A stretch of 61,280 bases of DNA from an uncultured delta proteobacterium (GCA_963733195.1 CAVTCR010000029.1:1-61280), one strand, 5' to 3'. Shown: positions 22,818-35,155, counted from the stretch's first letter. Numbers and translations: made by a program. The notes: a model not told the origin generated them from the letters alone.

Positions 22818-23171
22818 TTACAGAGAGGTAATCCATCCCGCCAGTCTCTGTCGTATCCGCTGCAGGCGGTCCGAGCTGATCTCACCAATCGTTCCTACCA
22901 ACATACTTGCTGGGACAACCGCAAGACGCGCAATACGAATCACGCTGGCCACTTTCAATCCCGAACTTTGGAAATCAGTCTGAGTCTGGTCGATCACTTC
23001 ATCGAATCCCGCAACCGCTTGTTGCAGTTGAGTCGAAAGCATACTCACCAACCAGTCATCATACGGGCCAGGGAGCGGTGCGACGAGTAGCACTGGCCTT
23101 GGCTTCCCCTCGCCAAGCGCAACAGTTGGAAACTGAACGATAGCAAGCTGTCCGGCTTTCCTCACTGCCAC
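22818..23171 (-). CDS. PemK/MazF family toxin
   Basis: VQFP..GKPRPVLLV, GLKVASVIRIARL, IGEIS; overlaps the antitoxin stop. Confidence 0.85.
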   Translation of the reverse strand: MAVRKAGQLAIVQFPTVALGEGKPRPVLLVAPLPGPYDDWLVSMLSTQLQQAVAGFDEVIDQTQTDFQSSGLKVASVIRIARLAVVPASMLVGTIGEISSDRLQRIRQRLAGWITSL

Positions 23172-23380
23172 TTCTCCTTGAAATCCGCTTCGCCATATTC
23201 AGGCCAGATGTCATTCTCCATACCCGACAACGCAGCCTGCAACGACGACATCGCCGAATCGTGATCTTCCTCTCTTAACCTCCGAGCGAGCTGCTCAACA
23301 AAAGCGAGGACGGTCTGCTGTGCCGGCTCTGGTAAGTGCTGTACTTGTTCGTGAATGCGGTCCACAGTATTCATAGCCAT
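23162..23380 (-). CDS. DUF2281-like antitoxin
   Basis: 72 aa, IHEQVQHLPEPAQQTVLAFVEQL with an acidic C-terminus; directly upstream of and overlapping the toxin. Confidence 0.7.
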   Translation of the reverse strand: MAMNTVDRIHEQVQHLPEPAQQTVLAFVEQLARRLREEDHDSAMSSLQAALSGMENDIWPEYGEADFKEKWQ

Positions 23381-23468
23381 AATCCAATCATTTTATGACC
23401 CAATTTCATTGAGTTATCGAGCCATTGAGTGATTGAGAACAATAGCCTTTTAATCTTGCCTTTATCCT

Positions 23469-26400
23469 TTATCCGTTTCCCCATTTTGCCATTTCCCCCA
23501 AGTCTTCAAGCAGCGCCTTCGCCTCTTGCAAATCCTTGGTATCAAACCCTTCGGTGAACCAGGTGTAGATCTCGGACAACAGCTTGTGCGCTTCGGCTTG
23601 CTTGCCTTGCTCTTGCCAGAGCTGTGCGAGGCTTGTTGACGCACGGAGTTCCCAGGATTTCGCTTGTTGCTTCTGAGCAAGATCAATAGCTCTCAAGAAA
23701 CATTCTCCAGCTTCTTCTTCGACTTTGGATTTTGGACCTTGGACTTTGGACTGTAGCGTTAGCTCGCCTTTTAATCGATACAGTTCCGCCTCCCGTATAC
23801 GTTCCCCTGTTTTCTTTACATGATCGAGCGCTTCGGTCACAAGACGGTTAGTCCTTCTTGTATCTGCCCTACTTTCTCCATACGCCTGGGCCAACAAACC
23901 AAGAAAAATTTGGCTCTTGATAACTCAGTTCCTATGGCCGCTTGAAAGTGCCCAGACTCTGGCGTATCTGTGGTAATTCCTTCTTCTGCTTGTCCTTGTT
24001 CGGCCAGTGTCCGACCTGCGAATGATATGTTGCCCACCGCTCGACCAGTATGAAAAGCCCTCTGTTCACGTCGAGAGAGTAAATGGCTGTCTCTGCTCGT
24101 TCTTGGGTCAGTCGTGACTTCTCAGGCGAGCACCAGGTAGAGATAACTCGGCAGAGAAGGAGAGAGCAAGAGCCAAGGCTAACGAGGATGAGCTAACTCT
24201 TGAGCAAGAGCTACAGCACTTGCCTGACTACTCTTCAAGGCTTGGTCGGGATAGCCTAAGCATCCATAGAGACCGATGGCCGTAGGAGGATCGGCAGCGC
24301 TACCCTAGGGTCTATGCTCACCACGAGAGGAATGTAGGAATGGTGACTGTCTGGGGGTCGTAAAGGGCAATCTCCCTGCTTCGAGATGCTCTCGGGCTGA
24401 GAAGTAAGCTCTCCGAGGTTGATACATGGCCTGGCCTAGTGCTCATGTAGGCTTCGATGAGGAAAGCTGCGGATTTTGCTGACGCTGGAGCCAACGTAAG
24501 AAGCTGTTCGGCTAACTCACGCTCTGTTCTGATGTTCTGCGCGTGAAAGATAAAATAGCCTCAGTCCCCGTAATACCGGGAAGAGTTGAGGAGTCTCCCC
24601 TAGTCTGCCGGCACAGCTCTCGGGCTCGAGCGTAGAACTGCCGGCTGCTTCCAGAGCTGAAAGCCTTTAGTGACCTGCGAGTGGTGGACCCAAAGCGATT
24701 TGTAGAGTGAGTTCTTGCTGGGCACGTTCAGGCGCTGTCAGGCAGAGTCTTGAGCAACTCCAACCCCTTAGTGAAGTGGGCTAATCGCTTCCACATTGGC
24801 CGAGCGTTGGGTTGCTCGCTGCCCAGCGTTTTGCCAATAGGGAACGGCTTGGGTGATGAGCCAGGCCTCGGTGTAGTGCTGCGCCAGCAGTTCTGGTTGG
24901 GTCTCTTTTGTGCCAGGAAATCGTTCTTCCAATATCTGCGCTATCTGTTGGTGATACTTCTGTCGAGTGCTTTTGAGTAGCGACTGATATGCCGTGTCTT
25001 GAATCAGGGCATGTTTGAAGACGTACTGCGCCTGCGGGAGCAAGCCACGCTGATAGAGCAGCTCACTATCGACTAACTTTCCTAACGCTCCCTGCAAGGC
25101 TGATTCGTCCGCGGATGCAGACAGCATGAAGGAGTTCGTAGGAAAACTCCCGGCCTATCGTTGCACCTGAGTTGTGCGATCTCTTTCGCTTCCCCAAGTC
25201 GATCAAGCCGGGCCATCAGGGCATCGTGCAAGGTTACAGGAATAGTCTGAAGCATCTTCTTCTTCTCTGACTCATTAGACCCCAGAGACTCTCCAGACTC
25301 CAAGACTGCTTTTGTCACCTCCTCCACAAATAGCGGTACGCCATCGGTCTTGCTGATAATTTGCTCTACAACTTCCGCAGGTAGGGTTTTACCGCCTGTG
25401 ACTTTCCTCACCATTTCTTCTACGTGAGTCTTGCCAAGACGACCGAGAGTCAACTGACTCAGATAGGAATGCGTACTCCATGAGGGCGTGAACTCTGGCC
25501 GACACGTCAGCACGGTCAGTAATCGGATCGTGGGCACTTGGGCCAATAAGAGGGTGAGCAGTTCCAGGGTGGACGGATCGGCCCAATGCAGATCCTCCCA
25601 GGCATAGCAGGTCGCTTGTTGCGCTGCCTCTTCCACACAACCAGGCGACGAGTACTTCATAGGTCTTCTCTTTTTGCTTCTGCGGACTGAAAGACAATGA
25701 GGGATACCCATCAGGATGGGGCAGTGACAGCAGAGCGGCCAGTAGCGGCATTGCCTCCGGTTGTAGGGACGGACGGCCGTTCGCCCCTACGAGCGCGGTC
25801 TCTAACTTCCGTAGCTTCTCTTGCGGGCTCTCCTCGCTCTCGAACCCCAGCACCCGCTGCAGGTGTGCAATCACCGGATAGAGCGCACTGTTTTGGTGAT
25901 ACGGCGAACAGCGCAACTCGATGTGAAGCGCCCCATCTTGTATGAACGTGAGCTTTGAGTGTCTCGACCAGCCGCGATTTGCCAATCCCAGCCTCGCCCT
26001 GGAGCACCACCACCTGCCCTTTTCCTTCTTTCACCCGCTCCCAGCGCTTCTCTAACAGTCCGACTTCTTCCTCTCTTCCCACCAGCGGACTGAGGCCAGT
26101 CAGCGACAGCAAGTTCAAAGCGACTCTGAATTCGGCTCTCGCCCTGGACTTCGTACACTGCCACAGGCGTGGACAATCCCTTCACTGCATGAGAACCAGC
26201 GATACATGAAGAGTGAAAAATCCGTCCACTAATCGGTGCGTCGCAGCACTGATGACCACGGTATTGGGCTCAGCCAGCCCTTGCAAACGGGCGGCAAGGT
26301 TCGGGGTCTCGCCGACAATGGCCAGTGGCTCGCGTGTACTCTCCCGCCCCCATCTCTCCAGCGACCACCAGCCCAGTATGAATGCCGAGGCGGACTTGCA

Positions 26401-27082
26401 AGGGCGCAGCATGCTGCGCCCCTACCCCTTTTTCGTTTTTCTGTAACCTGTTCCCGGTAACCTGTTCCCTTATTGCCCTAACTATTTCTAATCCCGCACG
26501 CACGCGCACGCTGGGCGTCATCCTCATGTGCCACGGGATAACCAAAGTACACCAGCAACCCATCACCCATGTACTTGGCCAGATGCCCGTCAAATCGTTG
26601 AATCGCCGCGGCACAGACTTCGTTATAGGCCTGGATGACCTCGCGATAATCTTCCGGGTCAAGTTGTTCCGAAAGTGCCGTCGAACCGACTAAGTCGCAG
26701 AACATCACGGTCAATTGGCGACGTTCGACGATAGTGTCTAGGGTACTGCGGTGCTAGCGTCTAGCGTCTGAGGTGCTGGGAACGAGCAACTGAGAGCTGA
26801 GAACTGGCAACTTCCTTTTCGCTCTTTCCCCCTTTCGCCTTTTCGCCTTCGCTTTTTGACAACTATCTGTACAACTGTTTCCCCGTTTATCCGTCCCGAC
26901 CCAAACCAGCACCTTTCCATCTTCGTCGACTGCCACTCGCTGGGCATCGATCAACTCGACTTTGAGGTCAGCAAGGTCGTCATCATCAAGCTCAAACTCG
27001 CGCTTGGAGGGCACGGGTGCGCGAACCGTCCCTGGCGTTGCAGCCAGGCTTTCACTTGCGCGGTGAGCTCAGAGAACTTCAT
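23469..27082 (-). CDS. Class III adenylate/guanylate cyclase + AAA (STAND) ATPase + TPR protein, copy 2, heavily frameshifted
   Basis: Same motifs as copy 1, including Walker [23 protein letters not shown] and [18 protein letters not shown]; long near-identical DNA stretches shared with copy 1. Confidence 0.82.
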
Positions 27083-27214
27083 GGTTATGGCTCGCCCCAA
27101 TCAGACCGTTGTGATTGAACCACACCGGCGGGATTTTGCAATGGAAAAAGTGTATGGTCTCGCAACAGCACCGGGAGGAAGAAATGCGACATGAATTTGT
27201 GTTAAGCCAACGAT

Positions 27215-27347
27215 CTAAATTGAAGCCCCAGAACATTCGTACACTTTACGCGGCAACATTTCGGAGCTGTCATTGTGAGCGCAGCGAAGAATGACATGAA
27301 TGCGTAATCGCGTCGTAAAGTACACAGGATGTTATGTATTCGACTTA
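27215..27347. mobile_element. MITE-like element with imperfect terminal inverted repeats around a TGTCATT..AATGACA core
   Basis: Left end CTAAATTGAAGCCCCAGAACATTCGTACACTTTACG; right end CGTAAAGTACACAGGATGTTATGTATTCGACTTAA. Confidence 0.5.
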
Positions 27348-28145
27348 ACGTCCATGAAACTTCGGCGGACGCTTTTCCAAAAAAGCGCGGCGGCCTTCGT
27401 TGAAATCCTCGGTTTGTTGCGCGTAGTAGAGCGCCTGTCCTTGATGTTCGTACGCCGCTTCAGGGGAAATTTCCTCCCAACCATGAATAATCGCAGCTTT
27501 GGTGTAACCGTAGGTTAGTGTCGGACCTTCCGCAAACTCACGAGCCCATTCCATCGTTGCTTCTTCAAGTTGTGCGAGAGGCACTACTCGATTCACCAAC
27601 CCCCAACGTTCAGCTTCTTGTGCAGAGAGCTGTTTAGCCAACAGTGCCCATTCCATCGCCTTGCCGATACCAACAAATTGTTGAAGAAGGCTTGTCCCGG
27701 TAGCAATCCCACGCTTTACAAACGGAATGCAGAGCGTGGCTGAGTCAGCCATAACCCGTAGGTCACAGCCAAGCGCAAGATTAAACCCGGCTCCGTGGGC
27801 GTGACCGTTGATCATACCAATCACGGGTTTTGACAGCGAACGCATCTTCGCCACGACTAACGGCCAGCGACCTTCGCCTTTTACATACTGTTTCACCGGG
27901 TCCTTGTAGCGACGATCCAGTTCGCCAGGTTCAGTCATCCCCTTAAGATCATCGCCAGCGCAGAATGCCCGTCCTGCGCCAGTAAGAACAACTACCCGGA
28001 CGTTCTCGTCTCGATCACACTCCTCCAACGCGTGCAACAGCTCCACACCGATGCGCACGTTAATTGCGTTCAGACGCTCAGGACGATTGAGCGTGAGGCG
28101 GCAAATGCCTGTGTCTTGTTTAACCAGTAGATAACGGAAATCCAT
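27345..28145 (-). CDS. Enoyl-CoA hydratase/isomerase family protein
   Basis: LNRPERLNA, AFCAGDDL, GHAHGAGFNLALGCDLR, EGRRAFLEKRPPKF. Confidence 0.92.
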   Translation of the reverse strand: MDFRYLLVKQDTGICRLTLNRPERLNAINVRIGVELLHALEECDRDENVRVVVLTGAGRAFCAGDDLKGMTEPGELDRRYKDPVKQYVKGEGRWPLVVAKMRSLSKPVIGMINGHAHGAGFNLALGCDLRVMADSATLCIPFVKRGIATGTSLLQQFVGIGKAMEWALLAKQLSAQEAERWGLVNRVVPLAQLEEATMEWAREFAEGPTLTYGYTKAAIIHGWEEISPEAAYEHQGQALYYAQQTEDFNEGRRAFLEKRPPKFHGR

Positions 28146-28158
28146 ACAGAGCCTCGTC

Positions 28159-28271
28159 TAAAACGTGGGACGTAAACATATCAGTGGTGCGTAAGCGTGT
28201 TACGTACTGCGGTTACGTGGAAAGGGCTGCAACTCATACCTATCACGCAACACGTTTTACGCAACACGTCT
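28159..28271. repeat. Heptamer (AACGT-type) repeat cluster, inverted
   Basis: TAAAACGTGGGACGTAA ... CACGCAACACGTTTTACGCAACACGT. Confidence 0.5.
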
Positions 28272-30686
28272 CAGTACAACACCTTCTCTTCTTTTAACTT
28301 GGCAATGAGTTCCTCGCTATAACCAAACACATTGCGCATCACTTCATCGGTATGCTCTCCGAGCAACGGCGCATGCGACCGCACCCCGTTCGGCGCATTG
28401 GTCAGAAGCCACGGGATGCCAGTGTGCGTAAGTACCCCGATCTCAGCATGTGGTAGTTTGGCAAAGAACCCACGTTCATTGAGGTGTGGATCATCCGCTA
28501 GATCTTTGCTGTTCATCGACGGAAAAGCAGCGACCCCTGCAGCCTGCAGCGTACGAGTGACGTCCCATTTGTCTCGCGATAAGGTCCACTCGGTCAGAAT
28601 CTGATCGAGCGCATCTTCGTTGGCTTTACGGTCACGAGCAGTGCGGAAACGTACATCGGTTGCGAGTTGCGGTTGCCCGATCGCATGACAGAGCGCATGC
28701 CACTCTTCGTCCGAACCGCAGGCAATGGAGACCCACTCATCTTCACCGGCACACCGGAAACAATCATGCGGTGCCATCCAGGGATCGCGGTTGCCAACCC
28801 GTGCTGGTTCTATTCCGTTCATCACATATTCCATCCAACCTTCGGGAACTAAGGCAGTCATTGCATCCCACAACGAGACGTCAATGTACTGCCCTTTGCC
28901 CGTACGTTTACGCGCCGCAAGCGCAGCACAGATGGCAACTGCGGCATGGATCCCCGCGTTGGGGTCACCAAGGGAGAGGCCAATCTCTTGTGGTGAACCT
29001 CCAACATATCCCGTGAGGGATGACATACCAGAGAGCGGTGCCATTGCCGGTCCGTATCCCATGTAGTCTTTCAACGGACCACTGTGACCGTAGCCAGAAA
29101 TCGAAGCGACGATAATGTCGGGCTTTATCTTTTTGAGTTCGTCGTACCCCAACCCTAACTCTTCCATCACGCCGGTGGCGAAATTGTCGACGACGATGTC
29201 GCTTTTCTTGATGAGATCTTTGGCGATGGCAATCGCCTCGGGCTTGGTGAAATTGAGGAGGAGGCTCTTTTTCCCAAAGGCCCATTGGTTAAACACGCCA
29301 GAACGGTTCACCCCACCTTTCATACCTTTCGGATACATCGGCAAACGGCGTGTGACATCAACTCGTGCTTGTGACTCAATCTTAATCACCTCTGCGCCAA
29401 GATGCGTCAGATGCATCGTACAGTACGGTCCGGCCCATACCCAGGTGAAGTCAGCCACGCGAACACCTTCGAGTGGCAACCGAGGAGGAGAAACGTCTGA
29501 CGAAAGAGCAACGGTTTGCGGCGGAATACCACGGAGTGTGGATGAAGGCCCAATAGTCTCGTCGTTATGTTCACCGAGCAGTGGGGCGGGGCGACGAATC
29601 TGCCACCACGGTTCACGTAATTGATAGGGTCGCCCCGGATGAGTAAGCTTTCCGGCACGCGGATGTGTCACCTCGACAAAAAAGTTTCTCGCATGCAACT
29701 GTTCCTGCTGCGCCATTTGCGTCATGGTAAGGACCGGCGCAACACAAATACGCTGGGCTTGTGTTGCATGCCACAAGTCTTCGACTTTCCAGTTTTGCGT
29801 CCATTCTTCGAGATAAATTTTGAGGGCATCGTAGTTCTTTGAGCGATTGATCTGGTCTTTGAAAATGTCCCATGTGGCCCATTCCGGGTTCCCCATCAAC
29901 TCGACCAAGCGCTGCCATTGGTCTTCCTCGACCGCCAGGATGAAGATCAACCCATCCTGGCATTGATACATACCCCACGGGTAAAGCTGCCGGCGGCCTA
30001 AACGTGAAGCGACTCGCTCTGCGTAGGTGTAGTAGATAAAGTTCTGTTCCAGGAAAGACGCCGTGTACGATTGGGCGGAAAGATCAATGTGTTCGCCTAC
30101 TCCTAAAACCAACGCCTTATAGTAAGCAGCAAGACTGACGGTCGCAGCACACAATGCCGTCTGAAAATCTGCTTGTTGCCCAGAGGGTTTGAGCGGCGGC
30201 AATTCTGGATGGTCCGACGCCCCAGGACTGAGCCACGCCCATCCCCCAGCATTCGTGGTGTTGAGTTCATAAGCTTTGTAGTCTTTGTAGGGGCCGGTCA
30301 ACCCGAACGACGTGATCGAACACATCACTAGCCGAGGACTGACTGCGCGGAATTGCTGCATAATCAATCCCTAATGCGGCCATCTGAGCTGGAGGATAGT
30401 TCTGCACGAGGATGTCAGCTTGTGAGACTAAGTGCAGGAGCTTTTCTATATCTTGGCGCAGGTCTAACGTCACCCCACGCTTGTTGGTATTGAGATAGAG
30501 GAAAAGGCCGCTTTTTTCCGGATCAGGAGTTCCCCCTGGAAACGGCCCACGCTGACGAGCAGTATCGCCAGTGGGTTCTTCGACTTTCACAACATCGGCA
30601 CCGAGATCAGCCATCAGCTTCGTGGCATAAGCGGCCGATACCATATTTCCTAATTCAACGACTTTTACCCCTTCGAGTCCTTGCAC
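28271..30686 (-). CDS. Two-domain class III CoA transferase (CaiB/BaiF), frameshifted near 30360
   Basis: First domain ADLGADVVKVE..YLNTNKRG; second domain PLEGVRVADFTWVWAGP..GDPNAG..APLLGEHT. Confidence 0.9.
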
Positions 30687-30772
30687 GTGCTTCCCTCCTT
30701 ATTTGAGGTTTAACCACGAGCGACTCTATAGCATCGGCGACAAAAGAGACAAGAGAAGGGGAGGGAAAAGGG

Positions 30773-30877
30773 AAGTCGATCCACAGAACATTCATACACT
30801 GCTACAATTCCTCGGCGTGTCATTCTGAGTGTAGCGAAGAATCTCTCTGAGAGACCCTTGTTTCACTCAGGGTGACA
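30773..30877. repeat. TGTCATTCTGAG..CTCAGGGTGACA REP-like element with MITE-like left end
   Basis: Core at 30818-30877; the left flank AAGTCGATCCACAGAACATTCATACAC resembles the ends at 27215 and 36499. Confidence 0.6.
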
Positions 30878-30947
30878 AATCTGCTGCGCTAATCTCATGT
30901 GGCCGGATTTCGTAAACAGGCACACTCAACGTGCACCGGAAAAACTG

Positions 30948-31879
<932 letters not shown>

Positions 31880-31892
31880 CGTTATTCACACA

Positions 31893-33077
31893 TCACACGG
31901 TTCGCAACACTTTCTCTAGTGTCACCATGCCTTCGTCAATTTCTGCTTTTGTCACAATAAGTGGGGGGATAAAGCGTAACACCTTTCCAGCGGTACAGTT
32001 AATCAGTAACCCCTCTCTGAGACAGGTATCGGCAATAGCAGCCCCCTCGCGATCCAGCTCAGCTCCCAGAATCAAGCCACGTCCACGGACTTCTTTAATA
32101 AACGAGTATTTCTCTTTCAACGCCAAGAGCTTGCCGGTGAAATACTCACCCATTGTGCGACAGTTTTCTAAGACGCCATTTAGCAATGTGTTGACGACAG
32201 CCACACCAGCAGCACAGGCAACTGCGTTCCCACCAAACGTTGAACCGTGACTGCCCAGGTTGAAGCTCTCGGCAACTTCCCGCCGCGCCAACATCGCACC
32301 AATAGGAATACCTCCCCCGAGCGCCTTTGCCAATGTCATGATGTCCGGCGTTACTCCTTCATGCTCATACGCAAACAGCTTACCGGTTCGTCCCATGCCC
32401 GTTTGGACTTCATCAAGCATCAGGAGCAGTCCGTTGCGATCACACAATGCACGCAACCCCTTCAGATAGCCAGCGGGAGGAACATTCACCCCCCCTTCTC
32501 CTTGAATCGGCTCGACTAAGATTCCCACTGTACGTTCAGAAATTGCGGCTTCCATCGCGGTGAGGTCACCAAACGGCACATAACGGAACCCCTCCAGTGT
32601 CGGAGCAAATCCCTGACGAATTTTCTCTTGTCCAGTGGCTGAAATTGTTGCCATCGTCCGCCCATGGAAAGACCCAAGAGTCGTAAGGATTTCATAGCGC
32701 CCGTCGCGCTTATCGCTGCCAAACTTGCGCGCGAGCTTAATCGCCGCTTCGTTTGCCTCTGCACCGCTATTGCAGAAAAAAACTTTGTCAGCAAACGAAT
32801 TGTTACAGAGCAACTCCGACAGACGGGCCTGTGGCACGGTGTGATGCAAGTTGGAGATATGCGTGAGCGTCGACACTTGCTCGGTCACCGCTTTCACGAC
32901 AGCCGGATGGCACTGTCCAAGATTCATCACCGCTAAGCTGGCAAAAAAATCGAGATACGCTTTACCCTCTGCATCCCAGAGGCGACAGCCTTGGCCACGG
33001 ACAAAGGCCACGGGGAACCGCGCGTACGTCGTACAGAGATACTGAGCATTCTTATCGATAATTTCTTGGTTGGTCAT
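31893..33077 (-). CDS. argD: Acetylornithine aminotransferase
   Basis: [54 protein letters not shown]. Confidence 0.93.
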   Translation of the reverse strand: MTNQEIIDKNAQYLCTTYARFPVAFVRGQGCRLWDAEGKAYLDFFASLAVMNLGQCHPAVVKAVTEQVSTLTHISNLHHTVPQARLSELLCNNSFADKVFFCNSGAEANEAAIKLARKFGSDKRDGRYEILTTLGSFHGRTMATISATGQEKIRQGFAPTLEGFRYVPFGDLTAMEAAISERTVGILVEPIQGEGGVNVPPAGYLKGLRALCDRNGLLLMLDEVQTGMGRTGKLFAYEHEGVTPDIMTLAKALGGGIPIGAMLARREVAESFNLGSHGSTFGGNAVACAAGVAVVNTLLNGVLENCRTMGEYFTGKLLALKEKYSFIKEVRGRGLILGAELDREGAAIADTCLREGLLINCTAGKVLRFIPPLIVTKAEIDEGMVTLEKVLRTV

Positions 33078-33961
33078 GCGGTCCTCCGTATCACCTCGGT
33101 CCCAATCCCTTCCTTGGTGAATATTTCGAGTAACGTCGCGTGCCGAGCGCGCCCGTCAATAATATGCGTTTTCTTCACTCCACCATGTAACGCCGCAATG
33201 CAGCATTCCACCTTGGGAATCATCCCCTCACCAATAGTGCCATCCTGAATCAGTACCTCTGCTTCGTCGCTCCTCAGCGTGGGAATCAACGTTTTCTCTT
33301 TGGTCTTGATACCTTCTACATCCGTCAACAAGATGAGTTTCTCTGCTTGTAAGGCCTCTGCTACTTTGCCAGCAACTAAGTCAGCGTTGATGTTATACGG
33401 CGTGCCGTCTGCACCAACACCAACCGGAGCAATCACGGGAATAAAGTCGGCTTGCGTAAGCGCGTGAATCACACGTGGATTGACACCCACAACTTCTCCG
33501 ACTTGCCCGATGTCATGGGTCGAAGATTGGCCATTTTCTGTGATGTTCAGTAACATTTTGCGCGCAATAACCATCTCTCCATCTTTGCCACTTAACCCAA
33601 CCGCTTTTCCGCCCTGGCTGTTAATCAGTGTCACAATCTCCTGGTTAATTTTGCCAAGAACCATTTCCACGACATCCATCGTCTGGGGATCGGTCACCCG
33701 CATCCCACGAACGAACTTGGAGGAGACACCCAACTTTTTCAGCATGTCGCCAATTTGGGGTCCACCACCGTGGACGACCACTGGACTCATACCAACAAAC
33801 TTGAGCAAGACGATGTCACGGGCAAAGTGCTGCCGAAGTTCTTCATTCTCCATCGCATGTCCGCCATACTTAATGACGAACGTCTTGCCGGAAAACCGTT
33901 GAATATACGGAAGTGCCTCGAGGAGGGTGTCAGCTTTCTCAATGAGTGTATTCACCACCAC
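33074..33961 (-). CDS. argB: Acetylglutamate kinase
   Basis: [33 protein letters not shown]. Confidence 0.96.
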   Translation of the reverse strand: MVVNTLIEKADTLLEALPYIQRFSGKTFVIKYGGHAMENEELRQHFARDIVLLKFVGMSPVVVHGGGPQIGDMLKKLGVSSKFVRGMRVTDPQTMDVVEMVLGKINQEIVTLINSQGGKAVGLSGKDGEMVIARKMLLNITENGQSSTHDIGQVGEVVGVNPRVIHALTQADFIPVIAPVGVGADGTPYNINADLVAGKVAEALQAEKLILLTDVEGIKTKEKTLIPTLRSDEAEVLIQDGTIGEGMIPKVECCIAALHGGVKKTHIIDGRARHATLLEIFTKEGIGTEVIRRTA

Positions 33962-34015
33962 GCCTGTTTCAGGAGAATAGCAGCTTTATGCCTTGTCACT
34001 GGTAGAGGGTCAATA

Positions 34016-34165
34016 GGATTGCGAATTGTAGATTAACGATTGCGGAATAGAACGGTCCCAGTTTGAGATTGCAGATTGGTGATTGTGGATTGTCGATCCT
34101 TTATCCTTTATCCATTTCCCCTATTTTCCCATTTCCCCGTTTCACCCTATCTTCCTTTCGCCTTG
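34016..34165. repeat. Heptamer repeat arrays (GATTGCG-type and TTCCCC-type)
   Basis: GGATTGCGAATTGTAGATT..GATTGCAGATTGGTGATTGTGGATTG; ATTTCCCCTATTTTCCCCATTTCCCCG. Confidence 0.55.
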
Positions 34166-34225
34166 CGTCAGAGCCCTGTAACTTCTTCTGTCGTTTCGTG
34201 TTATGTAAGGGAATAAGGAGGAGCT

Positions 34226-35116
34226 ATGCGCATCTCTCTTCTTGTTTGCGGGCTCTTTTTTGCTGTTTTCACGATCGCCGCGGCTGACCTGTATCAGTGG
34301 ACTGACGAGAACGGTGTAATTCATGTTGTTGATGAGTCTAGGCAGATTCCCCCTACCTACCGCGAAAAAGTGAAGGTCTTTGAATCACAGAAATCACGCA
34401 CCCCGCCAAGTTCCTTGCCACTCTCTCCAAGTCGCACGTACCCAACCCATAGCCAAGGCCGCTTTGCGCAGAAATTGGCTCTTGACCTAGGCTTGATTAA
34501 AAGTCGCCAGGAAGATGCGATCGGTCCCCTCACCGGTGCTGGTATTCGTCCCGCCAGTAGTTGGCAAGTGAATGACCCACTCACGCCCGAAACGATTGAC
34601 GAGGTCATTGATTCTGCACGCCGCGCGGCAGACGCGCAGCGACTCTCACTCTCAGCTGACGGCGTCGAAGCAATCGTCCAACAAGCCGCTGCCGCTATTC
34701 TTCCTCCGCCGCCGCCAGTTCAGGAACAGGCTCGCGAAGAGTCGCTACCTCAGCAAATCATTATTCATCAGACTCCCTCTCAGATCATTGAAGTAGAACG
34801 CGAGACTGTGCCCGTGTATGTACCGGTGCCAGTAGTGCCGTACTATCCGCGCCATCCCCACTATCCTCGCCATCACTCCCCTCGACGCAATCCTCACCCT
34901 GGGGATGGTCCCTTTGCGCCATCCTCACCGTCGGGCCCACATACCGAGCGCTGGTATGTACCACAAACGCCGACACCGAACTCTCCGCGTGGGCCGCATA
35001 CGAGCACTCCTGGTCCGACTCATATGCCATTCGGTGCGTCACACATGCCGTTCGGTGCGTCACACATGCCGTTTGGCACAGGCCACCACGGTACGCAACG
35101 TTCGTTCGGGCGATGA
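34226..35116 (+). CDS. Secreted DUF4124 domain protein with Pro/His-rich tail
   Basis: Signal peptide, then ADLYQWTDENGVIH..IPPTYR; C-terminal HMPFG repeats; RBS AGGAGG. Confidence 0.7.
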   Translation: MRISLLVCGLFFAVFTIAAADLYQWTDENGVIHVVDESRQIPPTYREKVKVFESQKSRTPPSSLPLSPSRTYPTHSQGRFAQKLALDLGLIKSRQEDAIGPLTGAGIRPASSWQVNDPLTPETIDEVIDSARRAADAQRLSLSADGVEAIVQQAAAAILPPPPPVQEQAREESLPQQIIIHQTPSQIIEVERETVPVYVPVPVVPYYPRHPHYPRHHSPRRNPHPGDGPFAPSSPSGPHTERWYVPQTPTPNSPRGPHTSTPGPTHMPFGASHMPFGASHMPFGTGHHGTQRSFGR

Positions 35117-35155
35117 AGGAACGCCGCAAGCCCTAACCGAAAGGCACTTGCACTT

